From Lama glama (lineage: Eukaryota), in assembly GCA_028534125.1 (NCBI GenBank), contig CM052818.1, positions 25,608,001 through 25,672,000 on the forward strand: DNA of 64,000 nucleotides, given 5' to 3'. Both the position numbers and the translations under genes were made by a program. Positions 13,554 through 25,963 of this stretch are shown one piece after another. The notes beneath the pieces are model-generated. The model saw only the letters and a program-made list of their open reading frames with translations, had not been told where the DNA came from and did no database searches. Each line of letters opens with the position of its first letter. Position 1 is the stretch's first letter.

Positions 13554-14160
13554 AGCACAGTCCAATAGAATTATGTGTGCCACATATGTAATTTTTTTTA
13601 TGTTCTTTGTTAGGGGTAGGTAATTAGGTTTGTTCTTAATTTTTTGTTGGGAGAGGAAGTAATTAGGTTTGTTTATTTTTAACAGAGTTGGGGGTTGAAC
13701 CCAGGATGTCGTGCATGCTAAGCACCCACTCTACTGAGCTATACCCTCGCCCCCACATATGTAATTTTCTTTTTTTTTTTTTTTGATGGGGGGAGGTAAT
13801 TATGTTTATTTTTATAGGAGGTACTGGGGATTGAACCCAGGACCTTGTGTATGCTAAGCCTGCTTAGCTGAGCTTATACCCTCCCCCCTCCACATATGTA
13901 ATTTTAATTGTTCTAGTAGCCTCATTTAAAAAAAATTGGTCAAATTAATTTTAATATATTTAGCCTAAAAAAACTAAAAAGTTTTAATTTTTTAATAGAT
14001 TACATGTTGAGAGTTTTTTTTTACATTTTTTTGTACACTAAGTCTTCAAAATCTGGTGTGTATTTTATACTCAGAGTACATCTCAGTTTGGACCAGCCAC
14101 ATTTCATGTGGTCATGAGATCAGCCACCTGGGACTAGTGGCTGCCATACTGGAAAGTATA
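13554..14160. mobile_element. MER33-like hAT DNA transposon, interrupted by two SINEs
   Basis: gtccaatagaa...ccacatatgtaatttt...ttctagtagc...ctagtggctgccatactgga resembles MER33 as recalled. Confidence 0.7.
13596..13889 (-). mobile_element. Two tandem tRNA-derived SINEs (camelid Vic-1-like)
   Basis: On the minus strand each has a gagggtat...gctcag head, a ggttcaa B box and an aattac-containing A-rich tail; shared 16-bp TSD. Confidence 0.85.
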
Positions 14161-14973
14161 AGTCAGGAGGGCCAGGCAGGGTTGGTTTGATTCAGCCGCT
14201 TAACAGTGAAAGCCTGGCTGACCTTGTGGTAGCAGGACGGCTGTAGTAGCTCCTGGCCTCTCATCCGAGCAGCATACTGTCCAAAAAGGGAGACAATGCT
14301 TCTTTCCTAAAGGCTCCAGCAAACCTGCTCTCCTAAACCAGTTCCTGTGGCTGAAGGAATGTCATGGGCTCTGAGGCCTGGATCACCTGAATCTGGCACA
14401 TGGCATGAGCTTGTTTGATTTAGATCGGAATCCACACTGCAGGGTTGTCAAACAGTGCAGGAGGAACCAAACAGACATTGGCAAGATATCCATGTGCCAC
14501 TCCATCAGCATAAGCAAAATGCCATAAAAAACTGTGGAGCTATCTCCCAGCCCCACCCCACCCACAAAAGCATAAAAATTCCAAAGTTTAAGAGATTCGT
14601 TTAATATCCACCATTTTTAATTCTCTATTTTCCTGCTTCTCCTCTCAGAGCAAATTATAAAAGTTCACCAAGCTTTAATATGGAGAACACTACATAAAAG
14701 CTGTATTTCCGGATTTAATCTTGTCTTTAAATGAGATGTGATACAGCAGCCTTTTTATAATGGACCCCATTTAGTATATTACAGAGCCGACAGTAAATGT
14801 TATAACTGCATCAAAAAATTTTAGAAGCACTTTTAGAAAAAAGTTTTGCTTTCCCAATGGAATTAAAATAGCAGAAATCTAGAATAATGATAATTGTAAC
14901 TAGAGAATTTCCTTTAATAACCTTTCCTCCCTTGTTGGTCCAAGCACTGCTTACATTGCAACTTTCATTTTAG

Positions 14974-15117
14974 GTGGCTGAATTAGTAAAGGAACTTCGC
15001 TGTGAACTTGACCAGCTCCTCCAGGATAAGATAAAAAACCCAAGCATAGATCTGTGTACCTGTCCCCGCGGGTCTCGGATCATCAGCACGATTGTGAAAC
15101 TTGTCACCACGCAATAG
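14974..15117 (+). CDS. DHX57: DHX57 last coding exon with stop
   Basis: ttttag|; VAELVKELRCELDQLLQDKIKNPSIDLCTCPRGSRIISTIVKLVTTQ, TAG at 15115-15117. Confidence 0.95.
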   Translation: MAELVKELRCELDQLLQDKIKNPSIDLCTCPRGSRIISTIVKLVTTQ

Positions 15118-15639
15118 AGACCAGTCTTGGGAGAGTGCCTGCTCCTCACCTGGGAAGTAACAGCAGCACCTCTACCTCGAACCACAGCTCGGTGCTGGGG
15201 CTGGCGCTGGGGAGGGAGCCCAGCATGCGCTGCGAGTCAGCCGAGGTGACGCACACCTGTAGGGGAATGTTCCAGACTGAGTATTCCTCACAAAGCAGAG
15301 GGCACCCCCAGCACAATCTGGAGTGTCAGTGTGAGACAGTCCGAAAACCAACTTGCCTGTCTTTTTCTGGGACCGTCCTGGAATGAAGTTCACAACACAA
15401 AAGTGAATATTTAATACAATTCTGTTTTAATCTATCTATGTATTATTTTTCTCCTGCTTTTTACTGGGGTGAGATGTGAGGCATGAGGAAAAATACCAAT
15501 TGTTTTTTCTGTCGTAAAGGCTTAACTAAGAAGTCAACAGAGAAGGGAAAAAATCATGTGAGCAAGAAAAATTGAAATTTCATTTTCGGCTGTAGGCTAT
15601 TACATAAACTTCATTTGTGAGGGATTTTTATTTTTACTC

Positions 15640-15645
15640 ATTAAA
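15640..15645 (+). terminator. Candidate DHX57 polyadenylation signal (ATTAAA); an AATAAA also lies at 16304-16309
   Basis: Hexamer about 520 nt after the stop, in U-rich context. Confidence 0.5.
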
Positions 15646-18600
15646 GGTCAGCTTAAAAAAACAAACAATGAGCTCTTATTTGTTGTTAAAATGTGAGCTG
15701 GTTTCACCCATTACACACTTAACTCTTAAAAGCAGAAGCCTGGGTATTTCCATTCTTTTAGGTTTTCCATTTAGGAATCTTACTCTGTCTTATGAACTCA
15801 CCCGAGTCTAATGGCCACATGTCACGTTACGCAAAAGGGGATTTTAGTGGTATTCTCAGAACAGAGTTGGCATGGTTGAGGTAGAAAAGGTTGCCATGCC
15901 AGTGTCAGGTTTACAGCCATAAAAATACCTTCCATGAGACTGCTTATTTTCAACCACCACTTAGGTTAATGAGGCACTACTGGCATTTTGAAAAAAAAAT
16001 ATTAATGCATTTACACTTTCCCTGGACATTTATCAGCGTGGCCAAGAAGAATCCCAAAGAGCTGAGTAGAAAAAAAGTCTTTTATTCATTTGGCTGTCAG
16101 AGAATCACTTCCGGTTTCACACTATAGGTTGAATTCACACTAATTCAACAAAACCACCTCAGTGGAAGATGTTTATTTTATGTTTTCAGGAGAGCTCCTA
16201 GGCAGTCTAAGATGGTCCAAAATGGTTGTTATCAAGTGTGTTGAAGCTTTAGTGCACTTGAAGATCCGTATTTTTAAAGGCATTAATTCATGTCATCCCC
16301 TTAAATAAAAACATGCATAGCACCCACAGTCTCCCAGTGCTGACTTGCCACTGAAACAAGGCTCACGTTACAGACCAGATTAGGCTGGAACATCTAGGAG
16401 ACATGGAGAAAACGGCGCTAACTCACTGAAAAACTTTTTTAAAACCAGCTTTGACTCCCGGTGCTCCAGCGGAGCCCGTGCTGCCTGCCCCAGCTAGAGG
16501 CATCTGCCCACGTGGGCCCGCAGCCCCAGACGCACGTTCCCAGCAGCGCGCACCGCTGCCAGGTGGTGAATAAGGACACTTCCCAGTCAGAGTGCTGAGA
16601 AACTGTCCCTCAGGGAAGCCGTGCTTGGGCTGGTTCCTTGTAGCCGCGTACAGACGCGCGCGTCCTGTCATTCTGTCGATGTCCCAGAGTGTGAAAAAGG
16701 GTGGGAAGCCTCGACTGAAGGCATTCAGGAGAAAATCCTCACCACCACCCCCCCACAAAAAACTAAACTTTTTAGGCTCATTAAAATTATGAAATAAGAA
16801 ATGAAACAGGATTACCCGCTTGTAATTAAAGTTAAAATAGTGTCACAATTCAAGGTGAAGGGGGGTTTCTCAGCCCCAACAAGCTGGTCAGGACTTACTG
16901 TTAATTTTATGGAGAACTCTCTACTTTCTTAAGTATGTTTTACTCTTGCTGGAATCTAGTTAGGGAACCATATTAATGAAGTACTTGCTACAAAATTAAA
17001 TACAATACAAAACAGTACAGACTCATTGGGACGTTCTCAGGAAATGAGAATAGCTCAACATTTCTTACAGAGGTGGTCAGGTTGATAAAATACTAGCTTC
17101 ATCTTCTTCCTGCTTGCATTCCGTATCTGATTATGACACCTCGATCTCCCTGTCAAGAAATGGACTTTGGTCTTTATCCTCCCATTCTATTATCTGAGCA
17201 GTTTAAGTAACAGAACAAAACGTGCAGCCTGGGAATCTGTAGGCATATGGGATGTGCTTTTTTTTTTCCTTCCTAGGCAATGGTTTTGAGTATGTCCCTA
17301 AGAGGTTATCATAAGATCTTGTGAAAGTCCTTTGGAAAATTAAAATACAGTAAATGTAAGTAAATTAGGACTGAGGGTCTGGTTTTCAGATGCAGTCCAG
17401 ACTGGCTCTGTGGGGTCAGCCACTCTGTGTTGTGCTCTCTCAACTGCTGGGCTGAGAGCTGGTGAGCTCAGGCTCTGTACCCAGAGGGAGCCTTACGGGT
17501 GTCACCCATTTGCCACATAATAGTGGATTCCTGGGGTCAGCAGAGGACGCTCACACCACACTATGCTTCAACAGGCCTAAGCAGAGGCTGCCTCTTTCCT
17601 GTAAATTACACTAGCATTAAGAACGATACCTAGGGTTTATTTTCCTCCAGATGCAGGTAGAAAGTCTGCTTATAATAAATACACTGTGAGCTCTTTTCAG
17701 AAATTAAAGTTTGATCATGAATCAGTGTCAATCAATATTTGAGTGCTCTTAGTACAGAGGGCCTCAGGTAGAAACAGACAGTGCAATTAACTATCACAGC
17801 AATAGTTTCAGATCGTTCCAGAGTCTAAAACTGCACTGACCTTGTGAACAGTTAACCACAGTGAGTCATTAGCACGGACAGACTTTTCTTGCCATTGCTA
17901 AGTTATCACCCCCAAATGGCATAGTGAAGAGACTAGTCTTAAATAGGATCTGTAGCCAATCACTAATCCTTAAGGTGCTTTTAAAATCTTAGGTGTTTTC
18001 ATCATTTGTTTTATCGAAGAGCAGAAAAAGGTTTTTGGAAAATATGAACCATGAGGAAGGAGTGGAATCAATGTTTTCTAAAGATACAGGACAGCAACCC
18101 AAACATGAACTTTTTCCCACAGACAGTCCAGCCTCTGCCCCATCTTTGCCCGGTTCGGGCCAGCCTCAGGTCTCCACCCGAGGCAGTGCAAACCCAGCTG
18201 CTTGCATAAACAAGCCAGAACACAGTGCCCAAGAGAGAGCTATGAGGATGGCTTGAATCAATTTTCTAGAGGTTTTTTCACCTCCATTTCAACTTTTTAG
18301 TGAAGAAACAAAAGCCACAGAACCAGTGTGAGAGGTTTGTTTGGAAAAGCAACTACCCACGGGTGGCCTTGGAAATTCAGCCCAAACTCATAACTACCTA
18401 CAGTAAGAATCAGTGTTTAGAATGATGACCCTTACATACGACAAATATTGCTAAAAATGGCATAATAATGTAAAATAATTACATTAAAACATTTTCAACA
18501 GAAGCATTTTAAACACTGAGGTTCTTAAAAATGATTCCTTATGCAGAAATTGCAATTACTGCTACCTCCTCCAACCTTTTACTGAAAATGGCCTGGAAGG

Positions 18601-18911
18601 AGTTAATTTTCCTTCCACGCTGAATGATCTTTATAAAGAAGAGATTATCCATGGCTGTTTTTTCCTACAACAATTAAAGACAGGATGACTTAGCCAGAAA
18701 GACTCATTTACTTCTTGAGAGTCTCCATTTAATAAATTTTGTCTCATTCCATCCTTGGTTTCCAAATGTGTTACAACAATAGTGTCTGTTAACCTTTCAA
18801 GTAAAACTTTGTCCATAGAGGTTGATTAACTCTAACAAATACAAGACCTTACATACAAAAACTAAAGACGTTTTCTCACAGGAGAAAATGTAGTTATTGT
18901 CGGTTTTAAAC

Positions 18912-19095
18912 CAGTGGTTCTCAACTGGGGGCAATTTTGCCCACCAGGAGACATTTGGCAGTATTTGGAGATGTCACGGGAGTGGGGAAGGGCTAGAGGC
19001 TAGGGGTGCTGCTAACCATCCTACAATGCACAGGACGGTCCAGGAAAAAAATGATCATTCAGTCCACAAGGTCCATAGTGCCAAGGTAGAGAGAA
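18912..19095. mobile_element. MER20-like hAT DNA transposon
   Basis: Starts cagtggttctcaactgggggcaattttgccc. Confidence 0.75.
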
Positions 19096-20629
19096 GCTAC
19101 CTGTCTAAACAAATGATAGGTGACCACTTATAAAGTCTAACTACTAGTTATTAGTCAGATATAAATTAGACCCATAGTTGAGTTTAAAAATCTAAGTATA
19201 CGTGGGCTAACAAAAGCAAAACCTCTGCCAAATCAACTCTAATAAACATGTACTGTGTGAGTAAGAGCTTAGGAGTACATTGTTATAAACAGAGTATTTG
19301 AGAATTTGAGGAAAATATGGGCAAATGGGAAAAGCCATGCACAGATGGGTAGGGATAGCTTTACTTTAAAAACATGTTCTACTGTCAATTTTTTTTCACT
19401 TATTTTGAAAAAGCAAGTCAAAACATGCTCTTTGAAAATATGACTGGTATATGACGTTAATACCGCTAACACTTCCCACAGCAAAACTCAAGTTCTCACA
19501 CTTGGGCCCACGTTAAGATGTTTAAAACACACACACACATCCTTGCTTTATCTTTGTGCTATTTGAACAGAGTCCAACTTAGTAGAGTTTGGCCAATAAG
19601 CTAAAACACAAACAGGGTTAATACAAAGGGGATGGGCGTATACAGCACTACAGGTGTACAACTGTAAAACGTTTAAATCTAACATGAAGTCTAATTAGGA
19701 ACTATAATTTCTATGCTCAGTATCCCTTCTCCCATAGTTTGAACTGGAAAAAAAAATGTTTGTCTTAGGACTTGACTATTAGTAAGATTACCAGACTGAA
19801 TGTCAAAAATGTGTTATGTTCTTCAGAAGACAGATGTCTTTACAAATCCAAGGCTGTACTATACCATGGGCACTAAGGGACTAGCCCCTATGACTCCACG
19901 AATCCACTAATTATAGACCCAGCACAAAACAATCCGTAATTATAGACATTTCCATTAATGCTGCTCTTCTGCTTGAAATTCACCTGTGTACTTTTCCTAT
20001 TAAAACTCCAGCTGTCCCCATTATTTCTAGTCCATAAATCTTTATACTATCCTTTTCTGTGGTAAGCATGGCTAAGACTGGATTAATTGAAGCACGCAAT
20101 CTGATTAGTTAACAAGAAGGCCGATTGTCCACTTTAAAACTAATGTGTGCTACGCAGCTAGTTTGAGACCCATATTGGGGTTACAGAAATTCCTCCCACA
20201 TTCATGCTCATTAATTTCAATATAATCAACTTGTTATTTTAATCGGGTACTGTGTGCCAGTCACCTTAGGAACTCAAGATACAAAGATAAACAGGGACAC
20301 AGGAGAAACAAGGCAAGAGAGAAATAAAGTTTACTGGAATAAGTTCAGTCAGGAACAGAATTTACCCCCTGCAACCCTCTGAAGGTTCTAAGGAGACTGG
20401 ATGCCTAATGTTGAAATTAAAAGAAAGGATACTAATGGCTTCAACTAAGCCTCTTAATGGGAATTCTGCTTTTCATGACTCTCATTTGTTCAGCAATTAG
20501 GTGTGCCTCTTTAAACCTTGTGAGCAACTTCTGCATATTACCAAAGCTGTAGGGAATATATTCATGGCCTAGTCCCTCATCAGAATGTATCTGGGTAATG
20601 TGAAGCAAAGTGAGAGGAACTCAAAAGTG

Positions 20630-22325
20630 TGTGTGTGATAAATTAGTTCAACAAGACCATGGGATACAAGATCAATATGCAAAACTTACTTCTATATACG
20701 AACAACCAATAATTCAGGAATGAAATTAAAAAACAATTCCATTCAGAATAGCATTAAAAAATTAAATAGCATTAAAAATACTTAGGAATAAATTAAGCAA
20801 AAGCAGTATAAAACCTGTACATTGATGACCGTAAAACACTGTTGTAAGAAAATTAAAGATCTGAGTAAATTAAGAGACATTCCAAGTTCATGGAATGGAA
20901 AACTCAGTATTACTAAGATGACAACTCTCCACAAACTGATCTATAGCTTCAACCCAGTCCTTATCAAATCCTCATGGGTGGTTTTTTTTTTTCCCCAGAA
21001 ATTGACAGCCTCATCCAAAATTTGTATGGCAATGCAAAGGAGCCAGAAGAGCCAAACAATCTTTAAAATGAACAAAATTTGAGGACTTACAGATATCAAA
21101 TCTTATTGTAATGCTATAATAGTTAATACAGTGTGTTACTAACATAAGGACTCACAAATGGATCAATGGAACACAACTGTTAAGTCCAGACATAAACCTT
21201 TACAATTTATCATCAACTGATTTCCAATGAAAGTGCCAAGGCAATTCAATGGAGAAAGAAATCTTTCAACAAATGGTAATGGAATAATTGGATCTCCACG
21301 TGTAAAAACATTAACTTAGACCTTTACCTCAGAGCAGACACAAAAATTATCAAAATAGAGCATAAATCGAAGTTTAAGAGCAAATGAAAACACTTAAAAA
21401 AAAAAGAGATAATCTTTGTGACTGTTGGTTAGACAAAAAATTCTTGGCTATGACACCAAAAACATGATCCATAAAAGAAAATTGATAAATCGTACTTAAT
21501 TTTAAAAATTTCTTCACTTCAAAAATATCATTAAGAACATTCAAGACAAGCCACAGATGGGGAGAAAATATTTACAAATCATTTATCTGATAAAGCACCT
21601 GTATATAGAATATATGAAGAACACTTACAACTCAGTTAGATAACTCAAGTTTTCAAATGGGCAAAAATTTGAGTAAACATTTCACTGAAGATACACAAAT
21701 GGCTTAACAAGCACATGAGCAACACTCAACATCATTAGTCATTAGAGAAATGCAAATTAAAACCAACATCATATGCCTCCCGAGATGACGTACTGAGAAC
21801 ACACTATCATTTCCAGGGTATTCCTACCCCAAAAATGCACACTGAATTGAATCACAGGGAAACAAACAAACCCAAATTGAGGGGTATTCCACAAGAAAAC
21901 TGGCCTGTATTCAAAAATGTCAATGTCATGAAAGTCAAAGACTGAGGAACTACTCCAGAGTGAAGGAAACTGAAAGGATATGACAACTGAATGCAACACG
22001 TGATCCAAATTAAAGTCTTTTTTGGCACAGCAGACATTGAGTCAGTGGGTGAAATCTGGATAATGTCTGTATTAAAACATAGTAGTATATCAATGTTAGT
22101 TTCCTGATTTTGGTAACTGTATCTTGGTTATTTAAGAACATGTCCTCATATTTCCATTGTGTCCATGATTTATTCTCAAACAGTTCAGGGAGAAAAATGA
22201 ACGCACATACACATGCACAGAAAATACAAGTGTGGTAAATGTTAACACTTGCTGGACAAAGGATATATGGCAATTCTTTGTCCTGTTTATGCAAATTTTC
22301 TGTAAATCTGAAATTATGTCAAAGT
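20630..22325 (+). mobile_element. Old LINE-1 fragment (ORF2 3' part and 3' UTR)
   Basis: ORF2-like peptide (RDIPSSWNGKLSITKMTTLHKLIYSFNPVLIK); A-rich strand. Confidence 0.8.
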
Positions 22326-23126
22326 TAGAAGAAATGCATGTATCACTAGTTGCTTACTTACATAAATCCATGTGAGTAAAATTTAGAAACATAAACAGAT
22401 ATGACATGATGGGAATATGGAGAAAATAACTTCTTTAAAAAATGAAGATTTTTTAAAATGAAGATATGAATCAAACAGTTCCCATACTGGGAATAAAGAC
22501 ATGGGGAAATGCTAATAAATACAAATTAAATCAAATTTTAAAACACCATTTTATATTCAGTCATAAAATTAAAACAAAACAGTAATACTCTAAGGGTGTG
22601 ATGAAATTAGCATACATTTATTACTCTTGTCAATGTAAAGCAGCACAAACTATTTAAAGAGAGAAAAACCAACATGTGTTCATACTCTTTGACATAGTAC
22701 TTTCATTTCTATACACTTTAGTTTAATAGTAGCAATAAAGACATATTCATGAAGATATTCTTTGCACTGTTATCTATGATAGTATTAATAAAAAAGGCAG
22801 GAAAAACTGTTGGAGGTGATGGTTATGTTTAGGCATAGATTGTAGTGATGGTTTCATGAGTGTATGCTTATCTCCAAACTCATCATGTTATATACACTAA
22901 GTATGTAGTTTTCTGTATGTTATTCATGTCTCAGTAATGTGGTTTAAGAAAAATCATATTTGCCAGTAGAAGCAATTAAGTATGTGTAATTATAGACCTT
23001 CACTGCTCTGATTTCTTCCAAAATTATAGTAATCCTTAGCCTTGACCCTAACATTCTAGAAATCTATTTCAAGCAGCATCATGAAAATTCCACCAGTTCT
23101 CAAATAAAACAATTGTCAAGGTTTTA

Positions 23127-24464
23127 CATGCTCTTCAACAAGTGGTGTTTGGAAAACTGAACAGCAGCATATAAATCAATGAAGTTAGAACACTCCCTCA
23201 TACCATACACAAAATAAACTCAAAATGGCTTAAAGACTTAAATATAAGACAAGACATGATAAACCTCCTAGAAGAAAACATTGGCAAACATTCTCTGACA
23301 TAAATCTTAGCAATGTTCTCCTAGGGCAATAGAAATAAAAGCAAAAATTAACAAATGAGACCTAATTAAACTTATAAGCTTTTGCACAGCAAAGGGAACC
23401 ATAAGTAAAACAAAATGACAACCTACGGAATGGGAGAAAATATCTGCAAGGATGCAACTGACAAAGGTTTAATTTCTGGAATATATAAACAGCTCGTACA
23501 ACAGAATAACAAAAAAACAAACAACCCAATCCAAAAATGGGCAGAAGACTGAACAAGCAATTCTCCAATGAAGACATTCGAATGGCCAATAGGCACATGA
23601 AAAAATGCTCAATATCACTAATTATCAGAGAAATGCAAATCAAAACTACAATGAGGTATCACCTCACACCAGTCAGAATGGCTATCATTAAAAAGTCCAT
23701 GAACAATAAATGCTGAAGAGGGAGTGGAGAAAAGGGAACCCTCCTACATTGCTAATGGGAATGTAGTTTGGTGCAGCCATTATGGAAAACAGTATGGAGT
23801 TTCTCAAAGGACTAAAAATAGATTTACCATATGATCCAGCAATCCCACCCCTGGGCACATACCCAGAGGGAACTCTAATGCAAAAAGATACATGCACCCC
23901 AATGTTCACAGCAGCACTATATACAAATAGCCAAGACATGGAAGCAACCTAAATGTCCATTGACAGATGACTGGATAAAGAATTTGTGGTATATTTATAT
24001 AATGGAATACTACTCAGCCATAAAAAAGAATAAAATAATGCCATTTGCAGCAACATGGATGGAGCTAGACATCATCATTCTAAGTGAAGTAAGCCAGAAA
24101 GAGAAAGAAAAATACCACATGATATCACTCATATGTAGAATCTAAAAAAAAAAGAACACCAATGAACTCATCTATAAAACAGAAACAGACTTGCAGACAC
24201 AGTAAACAATCTTACAGTTACTGGGGGAAGAGAGGTGGGAAGGGATAAATTTGGGAGTTTGAGATTTGCAAATGTTAGGCACTATATGTAAAAATAGATT
24301 AAAAGAACAAATTTCTTCTGTACAGCACAGGGAACTATATTCAATATCTTATAATAACCTTTAATGAAAAAGAATATGAAAATGAATATATGTATGCATA
24401 ACTGGGACATTGTGCTGTACACCAGAAATTGACACATTGTAACTGACTATACTTCAATTTAAAA
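23127..24464 (+). mobile_element. 5'-truncated, relatively young LINE-1 with target-site duplication
   Basis: ORF2 C-terminus (WYIYIMEYYSAIKKNKIMPFAATWMEL); TSD aattgtcaaggtttta (23111-23126) / aactgtcaaggtttta (24465-24480). Confidence 0.9.
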
Positions 24465-25684
24465 AACTGTCAAGGTTTTAAAATTTTCATTAATAATTTT
24501 ATTGAAAAAAAAACACAGAAAAAATCTATTTCAGCCTTAACATCTTTAGGAGAAAGAGGAGAGATCTAGGAAAGCATGTGAACAATGGGATAGCAAGATG
24601 TAACACAAAAAACTGGCAACTTTGCTCCAAGGGGATCAAAAAATACTACGTCATAACAACCTTTTATTCTGACAAGTATTCTTGACACCAACTGTGATCA
24701 AAGAGTGTCCTGACTACCAGCTCCAGCTGGCAGGGATCAGAGCCAGCTTTGAGGAAAGATCTCCCTCCAGGAATCTGGAACCACAGGAGGGATCAGAAAC
24801 AGGTGGGTTAAACTCCTGGGGAGAATCTTAGCTGAGGAACTGGCAGGCCCAGTGTCCTAAGCAGGCTGGTTTCCATGGCAGAGCCAGGTCATGGACTCTT
24901 TAGCACTCAGGTTTTATTTGCAAGGCAAACTGTTTAAACAATCAGCGGACCTATTGTCAAGAAAGTCCGTCCCCAGCTCATTAGTCTGACAGCAAATAAA
25001 TCTACCAACACCAACGCACCTGTCCCTGGGCCCAGGGATCAATCCTGACTGATGCCATGGATAATCTGCTACAAATCTTCCCTCCTCTCAAGGCCTCCCT
25101 CATTTTGTTGGGATCCTTTCCACCTAATTTACTCTTGTTCCCCTTCCCCTATTTGCTGTCTGAAGCCGTGCAGGGCTTTGAAGGGGAGTCTTAGTCTCAA
25201 GGAGAAAGGCTACGGACTAAATTTTACTTTTATTTAGGATCATGAAACTCAAGTTGTGAAGGAAGGACTTTCTGTTCCCCAAAGTTTTAAACTACTTTTG
25301 CAAGTGTGATCCAGGACAGGCAGCATTACCATTATCTGGGATTTTGTTATAAATGCAAGTTCCTGGCCCCCAACTGAATCACAGTACATTGCTGGGCCCT
25401 ACTCCCAATTTGTGTTAACAAGCTCTCCAGCTGATTCTGATGTTTGTGAAAGTGTGAGAAGCACGGGGCTACATCCTGTTACTAGACAACTGTGCGGGGA
25501 AGTAACTTAGCTACGTTATCAGACTGCTTTCAAAGACCCTCTAAAACTTGAATGTTTTAAAACATTTCTCCCAAAAGGTACAAGAATTCTTTTTTGTATG
25601 GATGAGAAGGGAAATACACAGGTCACACGTGCATTGGGAAGTCCACCCTGACCCCTGGTGGCCCAGGCTAGCTCAAGGAGCTCC

Positions 25685-25893
25685 TAGGGCAAACTTTACT
25701 GTAAAGGGCCATATTTCTCTGCAGAGAATATAAACCACATAGTTCCTGTCAATACTCAACTGTGCCATTATGGCTCAAAAGCAGCCACAGACGATATACA
25801 AACCAGGGGGTACAGATGTGTTCCAATAAAACTTTAATACATGGAGGCAGCAGGCTGGACTTGTTCCAAGGGCCTGAAGTTTGCTAACCCCTG
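25685..25893. mobile_element. MER58-like hAT DNA transposon
   Basis: ggcaaactttactgtaaagggcc...tttgctaacccctg. Confidence 0.65.
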
Positions 25894-25963
25894 TCCTAAG
25901 GAGTAAGTTCTAATCTGATGTGGGAACCCTGGGGTCACTGTAGATGTGCCCCTGAAAAGACCT

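Noticed and set aside
13580..13905. Regularly spaced 16-bp repeats as a CRISPR-like array
   Set aside because: Mammalian DNA; the spacers are SINEs and the repeats are target-site duplications.
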